From Stramenopiles sp. TOSAG23-2 (lineage: Eukaryota), in the NCBI GenBank assembly GCA_900128395.1, contig LT649297.1, positions 1 to 42,873 of the forward strand: 42,873 nt of DNA, written 5' to 3'. Every line of letters begins with the position of its first letter. Positions within the stretch are counted from its first letter, which is position 1. The notes below the pieces were generated by a model. It did not search any database. It was not told where the DNA came from and saw only the letters and a list, made by a program, of their open reading frames with translations. The position numbers were made by a program, and so were the translations under genes. Shown here piece by piece: positions 22,259 through 33,222 of this stretch.

Positions 22259-22723
22259 AAGTGTAGTATATATTATACACATGAAGTCTTGTATTTTACG
22301 ATTGGAAAAGCAGACAAATGTGAGTACTGCAATGAGCCAATTGTAAAAATTGAAGGAAAATTCACCGGGGCGTATTATACAAGTGACAAAAATGGAAAAG
22401 TACATGGTGAATGCTGGTATGATTACCAAGTTGAGTATTATAAGTATTTTTTTAAAAGGGCAATATTTTGACTCTTAAAACACATACACACATAAATTCA
22501 TTTGCTTTTTTCTCTAACTAAATTTTGTATATATTACCACATCCATACATGTTACTGATGGTTTGCAGGCATGCTGAAAAATGCAAGTATTGTAATGGTC
22601 CACTGATGAAAATTCCTCTGGGTAAATATAATAGCAGAGATATTACGCGAGATTGAAGATTTTAAAGTTCATTTTGAATGCTATATGAAGATTTTCAGAA
22701 AAAATAATACGAACAAAAAATAA
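22259..22723 (+). pseudogene. Frameshifted gene of tandem half-LIM-like zinc fingers (CxxC-x24-HxxC)
   Basis: KADKCEYCNEPIVKIEGKFTGAYY..KVHGECW, then a putative intron 22435-22568 (GT..TTGCAG), then HAEKCKYCNGPLMKIP.GKY and, in another frame, KVHFECY. No clean start codon. Confidence 0.6.
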
Positions 22724-22738
22724 TTTCCTTCATCACAT

Positions 22739-22928
22739 ATAATATATGAGTAAGAGAAAATTTTATATTAATACGAGGCGTATCTAGATGTACATATATA
22801 TTTTTTAATATTTTTGAAAAATCAATTTAATACTCATGATAAAATATGTACATCAGTATTACATTATATATAAAATGTTCTCTATTACATATATATATAT
22901 ATAAAATTTTCTCTTACTCATCTATTAT
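22739..22928. repeat. About 190-bp element bounded by 30-bp inverted repeats (MITE-like)
   Basis: ATGAGTAAGAGAAAATTTTATAT (22746-22768) is the exact reverse complement of 22899-22921; the match extends to 29/30. Confidence 0.75.
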
Positions 22929-23000
22929 CAGAGTATTATATATAAATATGATGTATATAATTTAATTTACGCCACAATTATATATATATGGGACATTGTT

Positions 23001-23591
23001 TTAAATCATTTCAACATGATGCGGTAACACTTGATTTGAACGCGTATTGCCACCATCAGGAAGATTTTCCAATATTTCTTTCATATGCTTCTTTGTGCGA
23101 TCTGTATCTTTTTGCTCCAGACTGCTCAACATTTTCTGATATTCTTTTTCCGTTAATTGACCATCGTTGTCCTCATCAAATCCTGCTATTAAAGTGGCCA
23201 TTTGTCCTTTGGTCACAACAGCATCAAAACGATCTTTAACCATCGCTTGCATTTCTTTAATGTCTAAAGTACCATTGCCATCCAAATCAGCAGTTACAAA
23301 ATATTTATGTTTCATAAGGTCAGTATGACTTCCAATGCGAATGGCATGGGCTTCACAATAAGTATGGCAACACTTACAAGCAAAAATGCTTTTATTTTTA
23401 CCACAACCCCATTTTTCCGCCCAACAACAAGTATTTTGTTTACGACAGCAACATGGGCAATAAAAGCAACAAGCAACCCAACAACATGGTGTTAAGATTA
23501 TGATCCATAAAATAATGGCAAGTAACATAGCTGGAAAGTTCCACCCAAATTGAAATGCCATACCGATTAAACAACATAAAATTGGTGACAT
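23001..23591 (-). CDS. Membrane-anchored Cys-string EF-hand protein
   Basis: Hydrophobic N-terminus, Cys string PCCWVACCFYCPCCC, and EF loops DLDGNGTLDIKE and DEDNDGQLTEKE. Confidence 0.8.
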   Translation of the reverse strand: MSPILCCLIGMAFQFGWNFPAMLLAIILWIIILTPCCWVACCFYCPCCCRKQNTCCWAEKWGCGKNKSIFACKCCHTYCEAHAIRIGSHTDLMKHKYFVTADLDGNGTLDIKEMQAMVKDRFDAVVTKGQMATLIAGFDEDNDGQLTEKEYQKMLSSLEQKDTDRTKKHMKEILENLPDGGNTRSNQVLPHHVEMI

Positions 23592-23827
23592 TTCTGATTC
23601 AAATTTAAAAGAAGCAAAGAAATGTTTAGCTGGTATGGATGTAAATACAATCCAGGAAATATCGGAAGGTGTTGCAGTGTTTTATGCTTGGGGCAGTTCA
23701 ATCATCATGTCGTTGGAAGAGTAAAACAAGAGAAATTCGTGTTGCGTTTTATATATATTATAGGTATCATAAAAAAATGTTTATTTTTATGATATTGTTG
23801 TTGTCAGCCTGGTTTACACACATCACG

Positions 23828-25039
23828 TTATTGAGCCTCAAGTTTACGTAGTGCGTCCATGTTCAAATTGATTCCTAATCCTGGTCGCATAGGAACCTTT
23901 AAAAAACCTTTTTCTAATACCAATTCCTCATCAAATGTTAGGTTGCGCCTGATAGGACTATGAGATAATCCTAAAGGAAGGAATTCTATAAACTTGCATG
24001 TTGTTGCAGCAGCTAAATGGGCCGTTGCTGCTATACCTATGCCAGTGTTCCAACAATGAGGCACGATCAATTTATTTGCTTTCTCTGCCTCTTGGCACAC
24101 GCGAAATGCCTCGGTTAACCCCCCAACTCTACCAACGTCTGGTTGGCATATGTCAATTTTAGCATGTAATTCTCGAAACTCAAATCTTGTTGCTTGCCAT
24201 TCCCCATATGCAATTTTGATACCTAAATTGTTCTTGCCAATAAGATCTTTTAGCTTTTTAATTTCGACTGTTTCATCCATGGATATTGGCGTTTCGATAA
24301 AAAAAATATTTAAATTTAAACGTCTCCACTCAAGTAGCATTTCTATTACTGTAGATGCTTGTTTATACGCATATTGAACATCTACCATAAGCATAAAATC
24401 TGCACCAACAGCTTTTCTACATTCGGCGACAATTTTTGTAACAGAGGATGAATCGTTGCTATTCAGATTACAGTGCGCATACGGGCCGCAAAAAGTGCAT
24501 TCTAATTTTGCTGCAGTAAAACCATAAGCTTTAGCTGTAGTTACCCATTCTACCATGGTTGTTTTGTACTCATCAAGGTTTGAAGCATTTGGTTGCAACG
24601 ATGCATATGGTGTAATAAATTCTTGTCGTGGGGTATCAGAATTCAAAAGCAGCTGCCAACATGGCTTTTTCAAATATTTTCCTTTGATATCCCACAAAGC
24701 AATATCCAATGCCCCGATAGCATGAATTACCAAACCACGCCTTCCATTCATTGCACTTCCAGTGTAAAGTTTGTCCCATAGGTACTCGGCATCTTGCATA
24801 GGATCTTCTCCAATTAGCATCTCTTTCAATCCTTGGCCCATAGTATGAGTTGTAGGAGCTTCTATAGCTACCTTTAGCATCCATGCGTTTGCATCTGATT
24901 CACCAATACCAAATATAGTAGGATCATTTGTCTGAATAATTACAACAAGGTTATCTTGGGCGGAGGACGTTGCATTTTTGTTCAAATTTGGAGACAACAA
25001 AATATGCGTTTTTATATCGGTGATTTTTAACGATGACAT
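23828..25039 (-). CDS. Mandelate racemase/muconate lactonizing enzyme family protein (enolase superfamily)
   Basis: GIGE, AIGALDIALWDIKGK, PYAS, metal ligands in LMVD / IETP / GE, QPDVGRVGGLTE, VPH and P.RPGLGI motifs. Confidence 0.93.
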   Translation of the reverse strand: MSSLKITDIKTHILLSPNLNKNATSSAQDNLVVIIQTNDPTIFGIGESDANAWMLKVAIEAPTTHTMGQGLKEMLIGEDPMQDAEYLWDKLYTGSAMNGRRGLVIHAIGALDIALWDIKGKYLKKPCWQLLLNSDTPRQEFITPYASLQPNASNLDEYKTTMVEWVTTAKAYGFTAAKLECTFCGPYAHCNLNSNDSSSVTKIVAECRKAVGADFMLMVDVQYAYKQASTVIEMLLEWRRLNLNIFFIETPISMDETVEIKKLKDLIGKNNLGIKIAYGEWQATRFEFRELHAKIDICQPDVGRVGGLTEAFRVCQEAEKANKLIVPHCWNTGIGIAATAHLAAATTCKFIEFLPLGLSHSPIRRNLTFDEELVLEKGFLKVPMRPGLGINLNMDALRKLEAQ

Positions 25040-25907
25040 AATGATACAAAAAACGAAGGTGATTTACGTGTAATTTTATTTAATCGTTGCTCATCTAAGA
25101 TCAAATTGAATGAAGTGGCGTGACTTTATCTTGATGTGGAAACATAAATCCTATGTGCGGGTACTTTTTCACTTATCGGGAATACTGCCAGGGTGTTGCA
25201 TCAGCGCGCAAGATTTTAATTTAAATTATTATTTTTAGCTAACCACTGGCTAAATAATTTTTTTTTTAATTTTTTTTCTGTAGTAGTATTTATTAATACA
25301 GGTAAGCTGGTAAGCTGGTAAGCACGTAATCCAGTATTAATACCTGTAATGATGCAAATAGTAATAATTACAGTAATTTTTTTAAAACACTCCTTACTCT
25401 GGCACTTGCTCATTAAAGTACTATTATAAAGTCTATTATTATACCTAAGGTGGTAGCTGGCTAGGTATAATAGGACCTAGATTTACAAGGAAAATCTCTA
25501 CTGGCTTATAGCTTATAGGCTCACCACTTGAATAATAAAAAATAACCAATTTAATTTTATTACCAATTATTATTACCTTAACTTTGGTAGTAGGAAGAAT
25601 TATTGGATTATTATCATTGAAATTATTATGGTTCCCCAACCAAGTATTAGGCATTGTAATATATTTTTAGTCAACATTATTTTTGTGCTCTCACCAAAGT
25701 AAAATTTAAGGGAATGTCGGCCACTCACGATTTTCCGGGCTGTTGCTCTCCCCGGCCAAACAACCACATTATCTTCTATCTCAATTTCCGGATGTCTGGA
25801 TGTCACTGCTGAGAGTAGGAATTGTCATGAGTAGGAATAAAAAATTAAAATACGCGTACATTTTATATATATTAAATAACTCCTCTTCTCGTTTTTTTTT
25901 TTTCCTG

Positions 25908-27380
25908 TTAATTATGATTCCAATTGTCAACTTTTCTTCTTCGGTGTTCCTCATTAAAACCAATCGCGAGAGGTATTGTAAATAAAAAAATAAGCATCCA
26001 TAAACTCCATACCATCCAGGACACTCCAAATCGATTAACTGGGACAAATAAAAATATACTTTGCAACAGATTTTGTAATAATATTAAAAAACCGCATGTT
26101 GAACCCTCAGCAACTGGAAAAACGGTTTCAATAGCTAACTCATAAAATAGTGGAATCGTCCCATTCATTAATGCACTACCACAAATACAACATGCATAGA
26201 CAGATATTGTTGAAATTGGTAGCCAGTTTTGATACATCAAGGCAAACCATAAAAAAAAAAATGTAGCACCAGCATACATAGACATAATTATAATAGAAAA
26301 TTTACCCGTTATATATTCCGACAATTGGCTAACTAAAACAGCAACTAGACAACCAGCAAAAATAGAAGAAGTACCAATGAATGCGGACTCTGTTTGCCCT
26401 ATTCCAAGATGCGCCAAACAAATACGGATACTAGCAGTCCATCCAGAAAACCATCCTAATGGAACACCAAATGCTACTGCAATTCTTAGGAAAGGTCCAT
26501 GTTTAAATAATTTTACTAATCCCGTAGAAAATTCAGTTTTTATCTTTTTTGCGCTTTCTGATGGTACCGATGGTGCAGCTGTAGGGAAATAAATCAGTAC
26601 ACACAAACATATAACCAAGCAAATTAAACATTGTGTTTGATATAATATGTATAATTTTTCACGCGATTCTTTAATATACACCTTTGACGAATTAGTAGAA
26701 GTAATATTTGTCTTTAATGGGAGTGCAAGGGGACCCCAGATGAAACCAACTGCCTGGCCAAGATAGTTTGCCGATGTAGAAATTGCAGTTGCAAGTGTAC
26801 GCTCATGGGCTGGAAACCAATTGTTGCTTATTATAGGTGGCGCTAAACCAATTGGAGCACCAGCCAGACCATTAAAAATCATGGATAATACAATTATCTT
26901 TTCCTCCGTAGAATTCTTACTTGTATTGAAGAAAATCATGCGACTGATACCGCAGCACAACAACAAAATAGAGCTGAGACATACTGTAAACCTTGCGCCT
27001 TTTGTATCTAGTATAGCTGCCCAAAAAGCTACCGACAATATAAAGGAGATACCAGCAACATTTTCGAACCATTCTACGGTATCAACTGTCCATGGATTTT
27101 CATCATGCCTTCCATCATGCATATATACGATAACACTAGATATTGGAGAATAAAAGTTCCACATGGCCGATTGCATACATGCTAAACAGGCAAAAATGGA
27201 CAAAATATACCAACGTCTACCATATAGTTTATTTTTTTGGCTAGAATTATGTTGAATCTTCGTTTTAGAAAGAACAACAACATTATTTTCCGATATGTTG
27301 TTCAACATGTTGTTGTTATCCGAGCACATCCCATGATCACTTAAAATCATCTCATCTTTATTAATTAAAACCTCGTTCAT
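25908..27380 (-). CDS. MFS transporter, FLVCR/SLC49A4 (DIRC2)-like
   Basis: YGRRWYIL and ISNNWFPAHERTLATAI motifs, PLFYELAIETVFPVAEG, about 12 TM segments. Confidence 0.9.
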   Translation of the reverse strand: MNEVLINKDEMILSDHGMCSDNNNMLNNISENNVVVLSKTKIQHNSSQKNKLYGRRWYILSIFACLACMQSAMWNFYSPISSVIVYMHDGRHDENPWTVDTVEWFENVAGISFILSVAFWAAILDTKGARFTVCLSSILLLCCGISRMIFFNTSKNSTEEKIIVLSMIFNGLAGAPIGLAPPIISNNWFPAHERTLATAISTSANYLGQAVGFIWGPLALPLKTNITSTNSSKVYIKESREKLYILYQTQCLICLVICLCVLIYFPTAAPSVPSESAKKIKTEFSTGLVKLFKHGPFLRIAVAFGVPLGWFSGWTASIRICLAHLGIGQTESAFIGTSSIFAGCLVAVLVSQLSEYITGKFSIIIMSMYAGATFFFLWFALMYQNWLPISTISVYACCICGSALMNGTIPLFYELAIETVFPVAEGSTCGFLILLQNLLQSIFLFVPVNRFGVSWMVWSLWMLIFLFTIPLAIGFNEEHRRRKVDNWNHN

Positions 27381-27825
27381 ACTAAATCAAATTTCTTTAC
27401 ATCGATTGTAAAAAAAAGATGGCTTGTTTAATCATTCCTTCGATTATCGTTTTTACATCATACCATCGATTTACTTTTTTAGTTATATGGAATGATGCAA
27501 TGCAATGATCGATAATAAATAAATGAAAAAACATAAAAGACTACTAGTTTTCTACAGTACATCCCTATTTAATAGGCCGGATATAAAACTATAATACTCC
27601 TTTACTATTGAATACTGTTGTAACCTGGTTAACGAAAAGGCTGTCGTTAAATTGGAGTGATTCTGATGAATTGGTAATTTTTTTTATCAATCACGTTTCT
27701 TCTTTTTCGATTGATGATATTTATTAGATATACTTCGTAACTTTTTGACATTCATATATATATATATAATATATATATATATACATACATAGTATATTGT
27801 ATACATTATACATACCATATATACG

Positions 27826-29582
27826 ATGGAAAATGCAGAGAAAGGAACAACGACGTTGTCCAATTCAATATGGTATAATCATAATGTGCGTACTGTTTTT
27901 TTATATTCATTTACATATTATTTAGCTGGATCTATATTTGCTGGTGATTTATTATCAGTATTAACGACGTTGTCCAATTCAATATGGTATAATCATAATG
28001 TGCGTACTGTTTTTTTATATTCATTTACATATTATTTAGCTGGATCTATATTTGCTGGTGATTTATTATCAGTATTCATTTACAAGTTAACCAATTCATC
28101 AGAAGATGTAGGTGCAATATCTGGTTCTAGAGGTATTGCTACAGTGATTTTTGCTTTTCCAGTAGCATATTTTGCTGATCGTTTTAGACGTGATCGAATA
28201 TTAAAACTGAGTTCAATAATTGGTTTTTTGTCTTTAGCATGTACCGTTTATGTCTTTACACAATTAAAACCCGGTGTGAAAAATTTAACAGTTTTATATT
28301 CTTGTTTTATTGGTTGGGGATTGTATACAGTATTGGCAAATCCAAATATGGAATCTATATTTGCCGATTCGGTGGAAACTGGTCGTCGTAGACAAATTAT
28401 GTCACAAAAAGCAGCTACAATTTCATTTGCCGCTAGTTTTGGACCACTATTAACGATTGTATATTATTTAATTCAAGGAGAAGGAATTAAAGGAACTTGG
28501 AAATTAGATCAACTACGTTTGGTATTATTGGGTGGAGCTGGTATATGTGCCATTGCGTTGGTATTCTTATGGTCATTCGATGATGATAAATCTCTAGGGA
28601 AAGAAAGTGAATCTGTTAGCAATAATAATGATAAAAAAAAGAAGTCGTCATCTGATTCTGAAAATTCAAGTAATGTGCCATTAATTGATGAATCTGTTTT
28701 AAATGTTGTCGAAAATAATAATAATAATAATAATGATAGTAAATACGATGAGGAGAATTTACCCTGTTGCTTCGTGCCACGTTCCAATGTACCATATGTC
28801 ATCGCCTTCGGTGATTTTTTTACAGCAGTTGGGGCTGGTATGACTGTGAAATATTTCCCTTTATTTTTTGTCGATATGTATGCATTATCACCGATTAGTT
28901 TATCCATTTTATATTTTATTACAAGGATTCTTACTGCATTGGCAGCGTTGGTAACAGATAAAATTGCAGGTTGTATTAATAGTCGCGTTGCTGTTTTATT
29001 AGGTGCAAAATCAATTGGTACAATGTGTTTATATATGATGGCATTTTTTGATCCCAATTATCAACAATTGTATTTAATAGCACCAATATATGTATTGCGA
29101 ACTGCCATAATGAATGGTACAAATGGTATTAAACGAAGTTTATTGATGGATTGTGTACCGAAAAAATCAAGAGCAGCATGGAATTCCTTTGAATCCATTA
29201 CTAGATTTACATGGAGTGGCAGTGCTGTATTAGGTGGTTTTTAAGTTTATTGATGGATTGTGTACCGAAAAAATCAAGAGCAGCATGGAATTCCTTTGAA
29301 TCCATTACTAGATTTACATGGAGTGGCAGTGCTGTATTAGGTGGTTTTTTAGTAGAACAATATAGTTTTAAATTTTGTTTTCTTTGCACTGGTATAATAT
29401 ATACAATGTCTACAGCATTTTTTGCTTTATTAATTGCTGCTGATATACCAAAAGAGAAAAAAAGTAATAGTTCCAATAATAATATGCAACAACAAATACA
29501 AGGAGGTAATAATATTTATCAGCAACATAAATCTGAAAATGCCTCTGTAAATAGTAATACTTCATATCGAAAGTTGAATTAG
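27826..29582 (+). CDS. MFS transporter, interrupted by two perfect tandem duplications (511 aa if both are collapsed)
   Basis: Motif A-like ADRFRRDRILK, SIFADSV, GAGMTVKYFPLFF and LMDCVPKKSRA. Removing 114 and 107 bp yields one 1536-nt ORF. Confidence 0.85.
27849..28076. repeat. Perfect 114-bp tandem duplication (in frame)
   Basis: 27849-27962 is identical to 27963-28076. Confidence 0.95.
29136..29349. repeat. Perfect 107-bp tandem duplication (frameshifting)
   Basis: 29136-29242 is identical to 29243-29349 and creates TAA at 29242-29244. Confidence 0.95.
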
Positions 29583-29660
29583 CTACGACGTACGAAGTAT
29601 ACATCATGTACGTATGTATATTATTGTAGAGTTCCGTGTATAATGTCAAGTATAATATAT

Positions 29661-29676
29661 TGGTTAAAATCTAAGT
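29661..29676 (-). repeat. Dispersed conserved intergenic motif, copy 3 (core only)
   Basis: TGGTTAAAATCTAAGT matches 1327-1342 at 16/16. Confidence 0.75.
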
Positions 29677-29865
29677 ATAAAATCAAGTATAATATAAATA
29701 CACACGCGGTGCCATATTATTATATAATTTTATAAACGAAAAAATTCTCCCTCTCTCTTCATTTAACCACACACACTCAAAAATTTTTTTTCTTCGTCTC
29801 ATACGAAGCTTTTAGTGTAGTGTTTTGTTAAATCTTTTCTTTTCCCACACACACAATTTTTTCTT

Positions 29866-31609
29866 TTATTGAAATTCTGTAAATATATCTGGATTACGTT
29901 GTTCTACTTGTTTTACTAAATCAAACCTTTCCATGCATGTAAATGCAATTCTTAAATAACTCCATACATGTGTTGCTTTTGGATTCAAACGCAATGCTTT
30001 TAAATATGCCCTTGCCGCTTTTGGATAATTACCTAAATTTGCATGAGAGATACCCATATTCAACCACCCACGTGCATATTTTGGTTTCAATTCCAATGCT
30101 CTTAAATATGCTGGCAATGCTTGTTCACTACGACTACCATTTGCTTGCGTTGCACCTAATTTATTCCACAATGAATAATCATCTGGTCGTGTATTCAATG
30201 CTTGCCTAAATGCTTGCACGGCACTATCATAATCTCTTGATACATTATATAAAACACCAAGGACAATTTGTACATCTGGATCCGTCGCATCGACTTTCAT
30301 TGCGCTTAACATCAATTGCATGACTTCATCCATCAACGTACCATCACTATATGCATCAGCAATTACATTCATACCTTGAAATTTAGGATGATGTTCTACC
30401 CATTTTTTTAAATTTGCCAAAGCACGTTGTGAATCTAATTCATTTACATAACTAACACCAAGCGCTAACAATGCTTCTAAATTATATGGATCTTGCTCAA
30501 CAGCACGTTCCAAGCAACCAATTGCTTCACGATCTTGATCATGTTCTTGATGCGATAAACCTAACATTCTCCAACCTTCACTACTATCTTCTGTATTTTC
30601 TTGTACAAATGCTTGAAATGCTAAGATGGCTTCATCAATTTCACCTTCATTAAATAAACGCATTCCTTCTGCAAATGTATCTTTACCTTCTTTATATGGA
30701 TTGTCTTCTACAAATACATATTCACGTGTTGCAACATCTTGCCATGCCGCAGCTAATGAATTCGCTTCTGTCATTGCATTGGACCAAATATCATCAAGTG
30801 ATTTACCATCCAATGTATCTTGTAAAATTTCTTCTGCTTTTGTTACATCTTCTTGTACAATTGGTTGTTCCTCGACTACAGTTGTTTCCTCTTTTGCAGC
30901 TACTTTTCCATTGTCAGATACTTGTTGAAACGTTGGACCAGCGTTTTGAACCATTGGTTGTTGCATCATCGGACCTCCCATCATTGGTTGCATCATCATC
31001 GGTTGCATCATCATTCTGCGTAAAGCGTATTGTATGGAAAAGTAAAGTGTTAGAGAGGATATTATAAAAGTTTGTAGAACGTAGTTTTTTACTACAGACG
31101 TTTAGGTGAATAGAATTTACTTACGGGTTCATTCCCATGCCTCCCATCATCATAGGATTTCCCATCATTGGTCCTCTTCCCATTGGACCTCGAGCTGAGC
31201 CACGGCGCATAACAGGCGCCCGTGATTTTGGACCCGCACGTTGAAAATTTTGACCCCAATTTGCTTGCCCACCCATTCGCATTCGTGGCCCCCTTGCTTG
31301 AAAGGATTGCCCCCAATTTGCACCACCACCACCACCACCACCCATGCGTTGAAAATCACCACCCCAATTTGCTGGCCCGCGAGCCATTGGACCTCTTGCC
31401 TGCGGCCCAGAAAAACCTTGTTTCATAGCAGCATGCATCGATGCACCTGGTCCGCTCATTGGCCCCCTTGGTCCCATCATTTGTCCTTTCATACCTTGCG
31501 GACCTTGAAACATAGCATCAACAAACTGTCCCATAGGATTACGTGCTTGTGCTAAACCATCTACAGAACATCCTTGACCTCCCATTAAATCTTTTGCAAA
31601 ACCAGCCAT
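29866..31609 (-). CDS. PEX5: Peroxisomal PTS1 receptor PEX5 (exons 31609-31125 and 31015-29866; 544 aa)
   Basis: N-terminal Cys (GQGCSVDG..NP), WxxxF motifs WGGDF/WGQSF/WGQNF, YVFVEDNPY, and TPRs (LGVSYVNE, LGVLYN, LWNKLGATQANG). Intron 31016-31124 has GTAAGT, CTAAC and CAG, and splicing preserves the frame. Confidence 0.96.
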
Positions 31610-32311
31610 TTTTTTTATATATATTTTTTATATCAATGTTTAACTGTTGTAGATTTAAAAATGGATTATTATAAATATCCGTCTGTTGTTATTATTATAT
31701 ATATATATATATATGTCTTATATATATGTACGTATCTCTGTCTCTCTTGTATTGTCTTGTGTTACGTCTTCAGTTTTCACATGAATAAATGAATACACAT
31801 ATCTGATAATCTATCTACAAGACTAAATCTAATATATAAATTCTATCTATATTATAATATATTATTATTAGATGGATATCTAGATGTGTGTGGTAAAAAT
31901 ATTAATCATCCATCTCTGAATCTGGATAAGACTGTGATGGACTAAACCCTATGTGTCCATGCTATTTTGTCGAGATGGGTTTGCGAAGAAAAAATCGATC
32001 AAGTTGAAACACACTTTAACCTTAAATGATCATTCATATGTGCGAAAATAGACTGAATGTATCCATCATCATCAATATATCAATATAGAAATAGCTACTA
32101 TACATTTGGGAATTAGCCAGTTCACGGAACATTACTATGATGACATTATGCTAGTATTATATCATAATTATACGAAAATGGATATAAAATGATCTGCCTT
32201 TTTTAATAGACATATTTCATTCGTTCTTTTTCGATTTGAACATCAATTTTCAAAGATATATTATTTATAAAAAAGAAGATATACAGAAAAAGTATATATT
32301 CAGATATAATA

Positions 32312-32342
<31 letters not shown>

Positions 32343-32352
32343 CATATCCACC

Positions 32353-32712
32353 ATGTCCTGGTGGTATCGAATCGGGGCATTGTCTTGTGCATCCAGTGTA
32401 GGATTAGGCGCGATTGGAGCTCATAAACTTGGAAAACGCCCAGAAGAATGGAAATCAATTTGGAGGGTATCCAATACATATCAACAATTTGGTTCATTAT
32501 CTTTATTAGCATTACCTGCTCTTAAATCAAAGCGTGCAACATTAGTAGGTGGAAGTTGCATAGCAATTGGAACGTTGATGTTTTCTGGTGCAAATTATGT
32601 AGTTAGTTATAATGAAAATCGTGAATTTTGGAAAGAAAATGGTATGAAAAATCCAGCACCGTTTGGAGGAGGATTAATGATAGCAGGTTTTGTTGCGTTA
32701 GCTATTTTGTAA
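32353..32712 (+). CDS. TMEM256: TMEM256 / DUF423 family small membrane protein
   Basis: GALSCASSVGLGAIGAH, YQ, GTLMFSG..Y and APFGG.LMIAG motifs; ATG at 32353 in CCACCATG context. Confidence 0.9.
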   Translation: MSWWYRIGALSCASSVGLGAIGAHKLGKRPEEWKSIWRVSNTYQQFGSLSLLALPALKSKRATLVGGSCIAIGTLMFSGANYVVSYNENREFWKENGMKNPAPFGGGLMIAGFVALAIL

Positions 32713-33222
32713 ATACAAGTAGTAAAAAAAAATTAATTTCAACATCATGTGCACTGTTCATGTGTTATCTTCTCTGGTTATATGCTGTTATGCTCTACTA
32801 CAATACCTTAATTTTAACTTTATCAAGACTTTCTTAAAGTATAACATCTAATATACTTATGGGATCATAAAAGAGCTATTAATTATATTCCCAATATAGG
32901 AAAGGACCGGAAAGGAGTGTGCCCATCGGTTTTACCACATACAGGATTACGTTGTGTATAAAAATGCTAAAAATAGTCAAATAAACTTATACCTTCAAAA
33001 AATCCAATAGTACATAGTGTTAATAAAAATAGAGGATAAGAAATATATATACCAAGAAATGAATAATTATAATAGGAAATATACATTTTGTCATATATAA
33101 TACGTAGAAAATAATATATTCAAATATATACATTTTTTTCATAGAGCATTCGATCCCTGTTGTCCTCAATATATATATATATACATACATACATATACAC
33201 ATAGTGAATCTCTTCAATCACC

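Noticed and set aside
28509-29057. 182-aa antisense ORF and other antisense or nested ORFs in the track
   Set aside because: Shadow ORFs of well-supported genes with no motifs of their own.
31941-31950. CTAAACCCT telomere-like unit
   Set aside because: Single copy; no array.
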